Below, piece after piece: positions 1 through 11,800 of a stretch of 64,000 nt of DNA. The notes under the pieces were generated by a model that was not told the origin of the DNA, ran no database searches, and saw only the letters and a program-made list of their open reading frames with translations. The stretch spans positions 1,813,102-1,877,101 of the forward strand of contig MU057724.1 of assembly GCA_013265495.1 (NCBI GenBank). Reading direction: 5' to 3'. The DNA comes from Vicugna vicugna. Taxonomy: Eukaryota. The translations under genes and the position numbers were made by a program. The stretch's first letter is position 1. Every line of letters begins with the position of its first letter.

Positions 1-3000
1 TGGCTGGGGAGCCATCGTAGGCAGCGCTGCAGTGGAGGGGACAGAGGAAGAACGTGGTGAAAGGGTTCACTGCTGCCTGCCCTTGACCATCACCAAGTGC
101 AACCCAGACACCTGGGACCCAGGGCTTGGGGTCAGCGGTCGGCACGAACAACAACAGCCCGTCCATGGAATGCACTGAACTGTGCAGACTCCATGTTACT
201 GCCTATCAGAAGAGTTTGAAAAAATCATCCTTAGTCCTGAGTGAGCATATGTTAATCTGTGCTTTGCTTGGCACTGCGCTCAATACCAGGGAGGGATGAA
301 ACAAGATTCGCACTGGTTTGCTAATCCTGAGAAGGACCTAATGTGAAAATACACCAGCAGATACGAGAAACGTGTCCAGCGCGGGTAAATCACAAGGTCT
401 TCCCACGGCGGCCTGCTGCGGGAACCGCTTATCTCTGCCGCAGTTGCACATCCAACTTGAGATGCCACATCCTGGGCTTTGACTTGAAAGATGGGGGCAT
501 TAGGGGAGGGGACAAGCTGTGAACATTTGATCAGCTCATCCCCACCCCTGGAAAAAAGTGGCAAGATGCGGGTGGCATGCTGCCTTTGATTTTCCCTCCA
601 TTTGGCACGCAGAACAAACAAATAAAAGGAGGGGAAATAAGATTGGATTTCACAAAAACGGACAACAGTTTATCCTTCCTCCTGTTCTCATACAGTTTTG
701 TTTTTTTTTTTGGACGTGCTCCTGAGGTGGCCCTTTCAAAATAGATTTCCCACGTTCAGCTCACTTGGAATTAATGCAGATCACTCCACGTGTTGAAGTT
801 AAGACAAACATTCTCTTGGCAAGATCCGGGAAGACCAGAGGGTTTAGACAACAGTGAGTCTATGACATATACTATTAAATGCTCTTTGAAGAAAAATGCA
901 AGAGCTTGAGATGAACAATTCCAGAGGAGAGAACCCTGGACTCAGAGTAATGAGACAGTGCTCACTACATCTCTAAAAGATGATCGACGCGTCAGTGACA
1001 TTCCTCGGATGAGGCCTTAAATCGTTCTCTTGGAAACATCGATGCAAAGAGACACCCATGGTGGCCTGTTCATGAAAATTATTTGATTATCATCATCGTG
1101 CATAAATTCTTGAAGTTAGAAGAGGAGATGTTAAAATTTCAGAAGAAAAAAGTGGTATTCCTTCCAGGGGAAAAAGGATTCTGGAGAGAGATAATTCAAG
1201 AGGGTTAGAAATCTCTCACAAAAGACTAAACTGAGAATTGCAAATGATCTTGATGAGAAGCAGGACAGTGAGTCTCCTAAATTAACTAAGATGCTTTTGC
1301 AAAGTTTCCCTGAGGAGCCCAAATGTATAGTGACTGCGTACAGAAGACGGAGCAAACGAGAATCTAACGAGAGGACCACGAGAGCAAACACGTGCCTCTG
1401 TGAGGAGACCGGGGGCAGACCCACACCGTCGGAGCCTGCGGCCTGTCAAGGAGAACCGTCTACAACGCAAGGCTACAATGTCACAGCAGCAAGTCCAGGG
1501 GAGCAGGGCGCCCCTTCCTCCACCATGAAACAACACCTTCTCCATCACGGAGGCTGACCTTGAAGGCAGGAGGGACAAAGTTCCCGGGTATGCGAAGCGA
1601 GTTCAAGAAGTTCCCTAAACCAAAGTTTCCTACATCAAGTCAACTTCCATCAAAGATGCTTAGAAAATACACAAATAAGACCGCTCAACCGTTATCTGGA
1701 ACCAAGATGGACAGAAAATGAGGAGGCTCTTGGCAAATGTTATTCAGGTAGTAAAGCAGGAAAAGAAAGTGGATTCTAAAAACCAGTTTAAGTGCCACAC
1801 TGGTATGAGGAAGAAGCCAAGAAGGGCTATTAAAATAAAGGTTTGTCAGTGCCAGGAGCACTGACCAGAGAGGCGTGGGCTGGCGGGGGGATCAGCAAAG
1901 CAAGGGTCAGCCAGACGAATGTCGTTTGCCCTTCCGATGGCTGGGGTGACGAGTGGGCTGGCTCTCTACTACCAGCAAGAGCCTTACAGATTTCGTCCCG
2001 TTAATACCATCACCCAAGTCTACTCAGAAAGACCAGTAACGTTCCCCAAGCCCTGTGGCTCATAGTCGGCGGGGCTGATGTTGAATCAGGTCTGCTGGTC
2101 CCCAAAGCTCACGCTCTCTCCCCTGATGTGCTGCCAAGTCAAATACGCTTGGGTAACGTTTGCCTGCCTTCGACCGCTGGGTGGAGTGGGGCCTGGATAA
2201 ACCAGCCACTGTCCAGACTGGGCGAATGCCTACCACAGTCTTTCCCCAGTGATTCAGGACACCCGCTAGGTCGGGAGATGACACTGAGTTGCAGGGAAGA
2301 CAAACATGGTGAAAAACCGAGTTAAGGCCCCTCTTCCCACCCCCTCACCCCGCAACGTGCCCGCAGCCTGGGGCAGTGGAGTGAACCCACTGAGAGGACA
2401 TTTCATGATAATAAAAAGCAATTTCAGTATTTGGGTCCAAATAGTAACCATGGGAGGATGACGAGGGTATGTGAAGTTTTACCAAAGGTACACATTTCCC
2501 TTAAAATAAGTGACTATTTGATACTGACTGCGTCTGAATTAATAGTATTAGCTGTGTAATCGGCAACGACTGACTGAGTCTTTGGACCCCTAAATTCCTC
2601 ATCCAACCGAGGGATAATAACCTCCACACCCCAGGTTGTCCCCACAAAGAAGGTGACAGCTGCGCTGCTGATGACAAAGTTCGGTCAGGATGGGGCTCTT
2701 CTGACTCCCGGTTCTGACTCTGTGCTCCCGGGACCCCGCCGGCACCAGGCTGAGGCCGCCGCTCCCGGGCGGGCCTGGAAACCCTCCCCAGACGGATGTG
2801 AGCTCGTGTGTCCGTGAATGCGTGCTGCTTCTGTGCCAGGTCTCTGCATTTACACCGGTTACACTGGATTCACATGTAATATTCGCTTTAAATCTCACGT
2901 TCTGTGAATTTCTCCGCTGCAAAGTAGCCATGGCCCAGGCTGCATCTGGAGCTAAAATTAGAGGCTTTATAATAAACACTACCCTTTGTGTGTGCATGGA

Positions 3001-3959
3001 AAATGGCCCCTTTCCCTCGTTTTCCCTGAGGGCACACTGTTTTGGCTTTATTGTGACACTTCACTGTGACACTGCGATGCAGGAAAGCCAGGCTTTACGT
3101 GCCACTGAAAGAAATGCCACAAAATGCTAACACAGCTTCTCAAGGTTGCCAGAAATAATTTCCACTGGGCTGTGTTTTCCCATCTGTGGAGCTCTGAAAT
3201 GTTAAGGAAATAAATGAGCTCTATTCTCTATATTTTTCTAGTAGATGAGAAAGAAAGAGAAAAAATACACTCAGCCCTGCATTTATTGTTCTGTTCAATT
3301 GAACTGTTGCTTTAAACACCCAGCGTCCTCGGGGGGACTTGGTCAAGGCGCCAGACACCTTTCAGCACCGTGTTTCAGGTCTGCGGTTTGGATTTCATTA
3401 AAATATCTTGAAAAGATCTGTATTTTTACCTGAATCTTCTTGCTACAGGTTTGAAAAGTGCTTCCATTTAGAAACTCGAATTCTATTTCCTTTGATGACA
3501 GCATATGGCTGAAATCTGACTCAAAACACGGTGGCGGAAGACAAGGATGGACTTGGTGCTGGAGGGACGCTTAGCGTGGAGTCGCTGACCTGCCGGGCTT
3601 CCGAAGGGAGCCCAGTAGAGCAGGGAACTGTGGCTCCCCAACACCTGCCCCGTGAGCGCAGGGCTTCAGAACAGTTTTCCAGCTTACTTTCCACACAGTA
3701 ATAAATTCTCAGTGCCAGTTACCAGAAGATACGCAACACATTTTGAAATCTAGGTTCTGCAAGAGATATATGCTGAGCACATCCCCCCAAAGGAATAAAA
3801 CAGAAAAGTAACCGGGAGTCATGAACCCCTGAGTCCAAGGAAACCATTTCCATGCACCAACATTTCCGTGGAAAATTCACAGTGAGTACTCCTACCGACT
3901 TTCTCCACTTAAGCAGAACACCGCAGGCTCGGGCAAAGGGACCAAGAGCATGAACTTGA

Positions 3960-5300
3960 ATTAAAAAGATTGGCAGAAAAACCAAAAGTATGATGATTGA
4001 AAAAAAAAACTATTATTAGTTTCAGAGATGTGACTGTGTTTGAGAAAATCCAAAAGAATCTGCAGATAAAATAATAGAATAAGGAAGTAAACTTAGTGGT
4101 CACTGTTAAAAATTATTTGAACTTCTATAAACCAGTAATAAAAAAAAGAGAAAAAATTAAAATAAAAGCATTTATGATGCAAGGAAGTCTGAGACACTGG
4201 GGCCCAAATCGAACAAAAGGCGTTATACAAAACAAGTAGCATTTTGAGAAAACGAAGGAAGATCTTAATAAACGGAGAAACAGAAACTGTTCGTGGACTA
4301 AAAGACTCAGCCCTGCAAGATCTCTGTCCCCCCCAGACTGATCGATCAGGTTTAATATAATCCTAAACAAACCCCAAAAAGAAACTTGTTTTAAGCAATG
4401 AACACGTTAACTCTAAAATTTGTATGGAAACGAAAAGAACCAAGAACGGCAAAAACCGTCTTGAGAAAGAACAATCATGAAGCTGAGAGACTCCCAGCCT
4501 TGGAGGTCAACGCTGATCCCAAACCGACAGCACTTGGGATGCGGTGTGACTGGTACAAACAAACCAGCAGAGCAATGGCACGGGCTGGACGCCCCACCAT
4601 TGGGTCCAGGAGACTCACGCATGTGCGGTCAACTTAGGACCAAAGTGTCATTGGGAAAAGGGTGGTTTCTTCGATGACTGGCATTGGGTCAACTGGATAT
4701 TTATCTGGAAAAAAGTCTGATTCTACCTTACGGCACGTACGACAAACAGTTCCCGAAGGCTGATGCATTTAAACCCCACACTGCAAAACAGCAAAGCTTC
4801 TGGAGAAAAGTGTGAGAACGTACCTTCGTGACCTTGGCAAAGACTTCGTAAGCGCTTTACAGAGAGCACTAATTTAAAGGAGAAGCCGGATGAACGAGAG
4901 CGCCTTAAACCTAGGAATTACTACTCATCAGAAGATGCCAACCAGGCAGGGGGGCTTCTTTTCCACGCTCTGTCTCTTGATCTGCCTCCACGAGCCTGGC
5001 TGGGTCAGAAAGATGCGCTGAGCTCAGCCCTCGTGCTGAGTACCTGCTTCCAGGTGTACGTTATGCTCTTCAGACAGGTTTTCAACGGCCAATAAGGGAA
5101 TTCTTCCAAATAGATAAGAAAATGACGATCAATTTAAACAGTGGAGGGTGGGGAGGGGACGGTGCAGCTCAGCGGTGGAGCGCGTGCTTAGCAGGCACGA
5201 GGTCCCGGGTTCCATCCCCAGTCCTCCACTGAAAAAGGAAAAGAAAAAACCGGCAAACACAGGCCAGGCACATCTCCAAAGATCTGACACACAAATGAGG
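3960..5300 (+). mobile_element. Old L1 (L1M-type) ORF2 3' remnant
   Basis: ORF 4398-4637 reads LTLKFVWKRKEPRTAKTVLRKNN...DWYK, resembling L1 ORF2 [23 protein letters not shown]...WYWHK. Boundaries approximate. Confidence 0.8.
5155..5249 (+). mobile_element. tRNA-Ala-derived camelid SINE (Vic-1 type)
   Basis: A-box (cagctcagcggtgg), TGCTTAGCA core, B-box-like gggttccatccc, A-rich tail. Confidence 0.85.
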
Positions 5301-5589
5301 AGCCCCAGGCCCTTCCGGCTCCAGGTGGATGCAAAACATAACAGGCTTCTTGGCAAGGGAAGTGGGAACTGTGAGTGGAATCCTCCAAACCTTCTCCTCT
5401 CCATCAGTAAAGCAGTGCGTCCAAAACATTTCCGTCTAGCAGACGTGACAGTGCTGCGTGCTCCCCGTACAGCTCCAAAGGCGCACGGCCGGCGGTCCTG
5501 TGATTTCTCCACTAAACCCGCCAGCGCAGACTCTAGCAAGGCTGACCCCATGGTTACCAGCGGGCGGCCACAGACTCAGACCAGTGATT

Positions 5590-7700
5590 TCTAACTGCAG
5601 CCGCTGGACCAAAATACGGGGTCTTTGCTTTGGCGGATGAACACAGACTCGGCTGCGTGTTTCTCAGTCTCAGACGTGCCAGGTAGATTCTCTCCTGTCT
5701 CCACTGGAGAGCAGCACCAGGAGCAGCTAGCGTCCTGGTAGCAAGACCCCAGGCTTGCCGGGGCCTGCGCAAACCTGCTGCCCGCGGCCCTCGCACAGGC
5801 TGGAGGGACCGGGTGCCCCGACATCCCGCAGAGCATCACGTGGGTGAACGCTGCTGATGACCCCACGTTAATGCAAACAGAGAAGCAAGAAGTGGCAAGC
5901 GTTTCAGAAGCGCTGGCGAGACAGATGAGCCGGCCAAGATTCAGGGGCACACCACATCAGGGAAGTTTTCAGGGCCTTCCAGATGCCCCCACTTATGATA
6001 AAGGACAAATGACCACATCTAGTCTTCCCACCACCGAGAAGGAAGCCTGACGCCAGACCGCCCCCCGAGGCCGCGGGAACGGCCCAGTGCACCTGCGCAC
6101 GGTGCTTCCGTCCCGGCGCTGAGTGACCCGGGCGGTGGCCAGCTTTGAAAGGGCCTCTGAGCGGCTCCAGGCTGCCCTGAGGACAGCCTGGCTGGCTGGA
6201 CACAGACCTGGTGGAGCCTGTGGCAAGTCTGTGGGTGTCTGGGGCACAAGGAAAGACGCTAGTGGAGTTCGTGGCAAGGTCCAATGGAAGAACCACCCCA
6301 CAGAGCCGCGGGTTTCTGGAGCCAGGCCACGGCCTTTGCAGCAAAGAGGTACATGCTAGTAGACAGAGTCCCTGACCCTCACGAACCGGCTTCTGTCAAT
6401 CTACCGAATCAGACTGTCGGGCAGGGACAAGGACCCGAGGGTTTAAGCAGATGATCTGGGTCACGAGGTCTGGGGAAGAGGCATGTGGGGGCACCTGTGA
6501 GAGTTAGGGTGAAATGTGAAGGCCTCTCTCCGGCTGGACAACACCCACCAGAGCGCATTTACCAAGGGAAGAGCGTTCACCCGCCCTCCAGGCAGAGCGG
6601 CCCGGCCAGGCACGGTCAGCCCTGTGCTAGGCTGGCCCAGCGGAGCTGCCGCTGGACTGGGGATCCAGACAGGGGTCGAGGAGTCAGGCGGGCCTGACAG
6701 CCTGGCTCCCACGAAGGTGGGTTTAGACGCTCCCCCAGCCCAGCGTCCAGTCCGCCAGCCAGAGAGAGAAATGCCAGCGATGACACCCAGGATGACGCCA
6801 TCCCCCGAGCAGGCTAGCAGCGCCCGGACCCTTTACTGGAAGGAGCAGCAGATCAGCTTGGCTGGAACCGACACACGCTCTGGGCAAGGACTGCGTGACC
6901 ATCTTCAGAGTCACAGACAGGACCACTGGGTCTTGAGTGTCCTACCCACCAGAGTACGTATCACGGACCAAGACACCCAGTCAGGAAGATGACCACGGGA
7001 AGAAAGTCCCTGGAGAGGCGGTTAGCATCACTCACCACACATCCCGGAAACCGCAGGCCTGACGGAACGGCAGAGCCACCCCGGAGGGTGCAGCTGAGAC
7101 GCCGGCTTGGAGGTGGTGCCCTGCGAGGGGCAGCACGCACTCAGGATGGGCATCACACAGCTCGAATACGTGAGTCCAAGAACCAAGAGGTGGGGTTAGG
7201 AGCGGCCTGCTTTGCCAGGCCTCCCTGTGAACAGCCTTACAAATCCCTCACCCAAATCTAGGCTCAGTGGGTCTGAAGATCCTGGCCCCTGAAGGGGAGT
7301 GCTTCCACCCGGGGGCGTGTGAGGGTCCTCGCAAACTTTAAGCTCTGACTGCCTCCCGGTCGCTTGGGCTCCTCGTGCTGGGAGACCAGCAGGCAAGGGC
7401 AAGGGCCACCCTCCCGGCAGGACTCACTGACCCAGGCCACGGGGAGCAGCTAGGCTGCTGGGTAAACAGAGGGGCACACGTCTGGCCCTTAAGTGACCCC
7501 CTGAGTGTCTCCTGGTTCTTTCTGCCCCCACTTGCCAGCAAAGCAACACGCGCAACAGCCAGACTGTCTGCAGGTCATGGAGACCAGGGCTCGGATCCCT
7601 CGGGGTGAAGGGCTGACTCACGCTGCCAGATGAGCCCGCTCGGTGAACGGAGGTGCTCGGCAAGGAGGAAGGGGGTGGACGGTGAACGGGATGAGCCCTG
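5590..7700 (+). mobile_element. Decayed ERV-L-type internal region (pol RT-RNaseH-integrase plus dUTPase)
   Basis: Collinear peptide remnants: ITWVNAADDPTL..QEVA (RT YIDD motif), PTTEKEA, VTRAVASFE, EVWGRGMW, WKEQQISLAGTDTRSGQG, ITDQDT, HIPETAGLTER, QQARARATLPAGLTDP, GSDPSG. Many stops and frameshifts. Confidence 0.8.
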
Positions 7701-7879
7701 AAGAGCTATCCTTGCCCCAGAGCTCTCGGGGAGCTGGCCAAGGCCGCTGTGGCAAGCGCATCACAGCTGGCGTCCCCACCGCCCGCTCCTCTCCCGGGTA
7801 CCTGCCCAGCTTCCACAAAACCAGGAGATGGGCTCCTGTGGAAAAGCTAAGTCCTTTGTTTGTTTGCAGTGGGCTTCCT

Positions 7880-8068
7880 GAGGTCCTACTGTGTAGCACA
7901 GGGCACTGCATTCAGTATCTTGTCATAGCTTACGGTGGAAAGGAATTTGAAAAAGAATATATATGGATACATATAACTGAATCGCTTTGCTGTGCACCTG
8001 AGACCAGCACAACTTTGTAAATCAGTTCTACGTCAACGAAACTAAATAAAGGAAAAAGGAAAAAAGAA
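7880..8068 (+). mobile_element. 5'-truncated L1 3'UTR (cetartiodactyl type)
   Basis: ctactgtgtagcacaggg...ataactgaatcgctttgctgtgcacctgagac...tgtaaatcag plus A-rich tail; imperfect flanking repeat tgggcttcctga/tgggccccctga. Confidence 0.85.
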
Positions 8069-8553
8069 ATGGGCCCCCTGACTCCTGAGAGAGTTACAGG
8101 CCATCGTCAACGGCACGCTGGCTTTTACACAGACGGGACGGTGGGGAGGTGGCCGTCTCTTGGAGGACAGTCCCTGAAACCCACGGCCGGCTCTCTCGGC
8201 TCTGTCGTGGAAACTCGTGACCACGCCCGCGTTTACAGAGCCGTGTTGAGCGGCAGTGTGCCGTGGTAAACCCATCACGTGAGCTTCTCCTGTGACTCAT
8301 GTCATAAACTCAGCGTCGAAGATGTTGCTGTTTATCGCTGGCTGGTTGCTGTCACGGAGCACTGACTCCGCTGGCAAGGTTATTCCACAGTATCAGGTTT
8401 GTGAGAGGGGAGAGGTTAGTTTCCCATAAGGCCAGAGCTAGCACATGCTTGTTCCTCATTTAATTGGGATTAAGTTTTATGAAGGATGAATTCATTGTGT
8501 AACACCCACAACAGTTTTTTCACAAAATAGCCGAGCTATTAAAAGCCACATTG

Positions 8554-8584
8554 CAACAACAACAACAACAACAATAATAATAAA
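8554..8584. repeat. Compound (CAA)n(TAA)n microsatellite
   Basis: Seen directly. Confidence 0.9.
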
Positions 8585-8754
8585 AGCGAGCTCTGTGCTG
8601 CGAGGTAACAGTGGAGCAGAGCTGCCCCGCATGCTGGCCGGACACGCCCTCCCCTGGGGTGGAATCCGGCCACGCTGTCAGAACACACTGCTCCTGTGAC
8701 AAACCGTGTGCATTTACCGTGATTATGAAACTTGACCCTCTGAATTGCAATTGT

Positions 8755-8875
8755 CTCTCCCCGTAACCCGGAAACTGCTACGAGGGGACGGAGACTGTTT
8801 CTTGTTCGTTGTTTCCCTCCTGTGCATCCGTAAGGCCTGGGTCATGCTTGGTAAACGTTCACTGAGCTTGAACGC
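8755..8875 (+). mobile_element. L2 3' end fragment
   Basis: gaggggacggagactgtttcttgttc...gcctggg...gtaaacgttcactgagcttgaa resembles the L2 terminus. Confidence 0.5.
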
Positions 8876-11800
8876 CTCCCAGGTGTCAGTGTACAAAGAC
8901 GACCTCGGTGCTTAACAGGACCCCAGGGAACTGCGCTTCCCCCGGAGAGACATCAGAAAGCTGCCCATCCAACATTCGGACGGCGTGGCCGCCCACCCTC
9001 TTTGGAACAGAAGGTCCAGCGAGCTTTGGCTCCTGGTTTCTTCACCACCGAGGGGCTGCTTTGGCAAGACAGCCAGGAAAGAGGCGGGGCTAAGTTAACA
9101 GCAGCAGGTGAGTCAGGAAATCCCAGGTGGTGCACACGAGGATTGGCCAAATGACCAGCTGGTTATTTCCAAACTCTGCTCCCCGAGACGGCGGAACAAT
9201 CAGGCAGTTTTAAAGATGATTCAACCCTCACGTGAACCAAAAATTTAAAGGGAACAACTGTTTAATCTTATTTAAAACACAAATACACCAAAACTTGGAA
9301 TACAGTCCAACATAAAATTGGGATGTCCTCTAATCCACACCCAAAGAAAAGTGATGGATCTCAGGTAAATAATGTGGTCCAGCCAAGCTTCTTTGGATTG
9401 CTTACAGATTGACGGGTCAGTTCCACTCATGTGTAGCCACACAGCTGTGCAATATATAAACATGACGTTCACTGGCCTCTTCAGAAGCGTAATGGGATGG
9501 GTCATTCATAGGAACTGCCGCAAAAGACAGAAACTGGATATACTAAGGCGAAATTAGAAAACTAAAGACAGTGAGAGCTGGTTATTATGTAAATTTTAGA
9601 GTGAGGGCACCAGAAAAGTTCAGCAAGAATTTACACGCAAAGGGAGATCTGTTGTTTGCTGGTAATTTGGCTTCATTAAAGCCGCAGTTTGTTTCTTTTA
9701 ATTTATTGAGTAATACTTCAAAATACTTTTTCTTAAGTGTATAAAGCACTAAACTCTACATGGTTTTATACTAATTTTGTCAAAAAGCGGTATAAAACTA
9801 AAAGTATTAAGAAAAACTAAACAAATGATCTTATTTTGATCATGAAGAAATGTAGAAGTGAAATTCACATAGTTCACAAATGTTTGCCTTGCCAATATAA
9901 TTATATTTCAGGAGAAGATGTTTAAAATAGCCTTACTTAAAAAAAAAACTTCAAAAGATTATTGCACCATCTTAGTGGCTCTATGATAAGCATTTTACTA
10001 TAGATCGTGTCCACTAAAAAAATCAAATGCGGTTGAGTAATTATAGCGTCTTGACAATTTAAGTTAAATGCATTTGTAGAGCTGGTTTCAAAGTTGCTCT
10101 CTCCACTTGAATGAATTAGGCAATACTCTTGATTCCTTTTTTTTTTTTGACTTAGAGTTTGTATTCCTAACCAAAAAATAAGATAAAATAAAATGAGAGC
10201 AGTGACATTCTGTGATAATGGGGATAAAAACACGGTGCATTATCCTTGTATATTATGTTAGTATGTGATAGGGCCGTATCTACTCATTTTTGTGTGTATT
10301 CACAAATGCCTAGTTTTATAAGAAAACAAAGCAAGTCCCCTTTAATTTCCCTAGCACAGTATTTTACATAATTTTATGTAGCAATTGAGCTACCAGCAGA
10401 AATTTTGTTAGTGGAGTATGCTTGCAAAAATGGTTAAATGAACAAAGCAAAAAGCTTGGGTGCTATGTCATCAGAGGGTGGGTGGTGCCCTTGCTCCCTA
10501 GGCTGGGTCTCCAGGCTGCAGGCTGCCAGGGTTCTCCTGGCTGCCTGTGAAGGAAACAGCCATGCTGCTCAGCTGGTCCCTGGGGGAAAGGGTTTTAAGT
10601 TCCAAACCTCAAACTTGAAAGAAAGAGAAATCTTAAATGCCAGTACCTTCATGTTATTTTCAAATGACCCCCACGAATGACACAGAGATGCTGCAGTCAT
10701 CCTGCCATTTCATCAACATCCTACTTTATTTTGTTTGGCAAACATCTGTGTTAGTCTCAGGAGGGCTGACATCCTGCAGGTACCCTCCCTGACTTTATAC
10801 CTTATTTGTGTTTATTTATACTTTATGCATGGGTGCGCAGCACTGGGCCTGGGGCCTCCTAGAGGTCACACGGTATTTTTTATGACCATGCAGACACTGT
10901 GCGAGCACTTTCTGCAATTTGGGGAGGATCAGGCCCTTCCACACACACTTCTAAGGAAAGAAGACTCAGTTAACTTCATCATAAAACTTGGAATTCAAAG
11001 TGTATTTGAATGACCTGACTACTTAATAATCAGAATGAGCACATGAAGTTTTTATAGAGGTTGTTGAATAGAATGCTGGCCCAGGATGCAGGCACGGGGC
11101 GAAATCCCATTTCAAACAGCCCAATTCATCTCTCATCTTCGGGAACATCCGATGGAGTTACTGACAGTGATTATAAAAGTCACATAGAAAAGGTCTGCTC
11201 TAAAGTTACTCTTGAACCCAGGTTGCCACGGCGATTAATATTTAATTCACAGTCATGTGAACAAACTCAAGATCACGTGATTTAGCCAGACCACTCCAGG
11301 GGAAAAAGTTTACTGTAAGAACTTATGAAGGAAACTATTTTATGCACCGGGTCCAAATCTATCATATGCCAAGTTCCTTTCTACGTTTGCGGTGCAGACA
11401 TGCCCTTAGTAAGTGAAAACGCTCTCATTCACTCACAAAGTAAAAACTGTGAACTACTGGTGAAGTCTGCAGCTTCTTTGTTACTGTGTGGGTCCCTCAC
11501 CCCCAGACACACACCAGGGCCGCAGGGAGCAACACTAAGTGTGGCAGGACTTTTAATGAAGAGCAGGGAACAGAAAGCGTGGTCTATTTAGTGCCATGAT
11601 GAATACAGTATTGGTGTCCCTCTGATCTCTTGTGTGAACATTTATTTATTTTTCTTTTTCCCAAGATGGGCAGACATGAACTCTCTCTAAGGAACAGGCT
11701 CTGAATGGTTATTGAGAATGACGGAGAGTAAGGCTTAATATATTTAAGAATTTGCTCTAAGAATGAAATATTTCTACATGCAGTCGATAATTACAACCAC

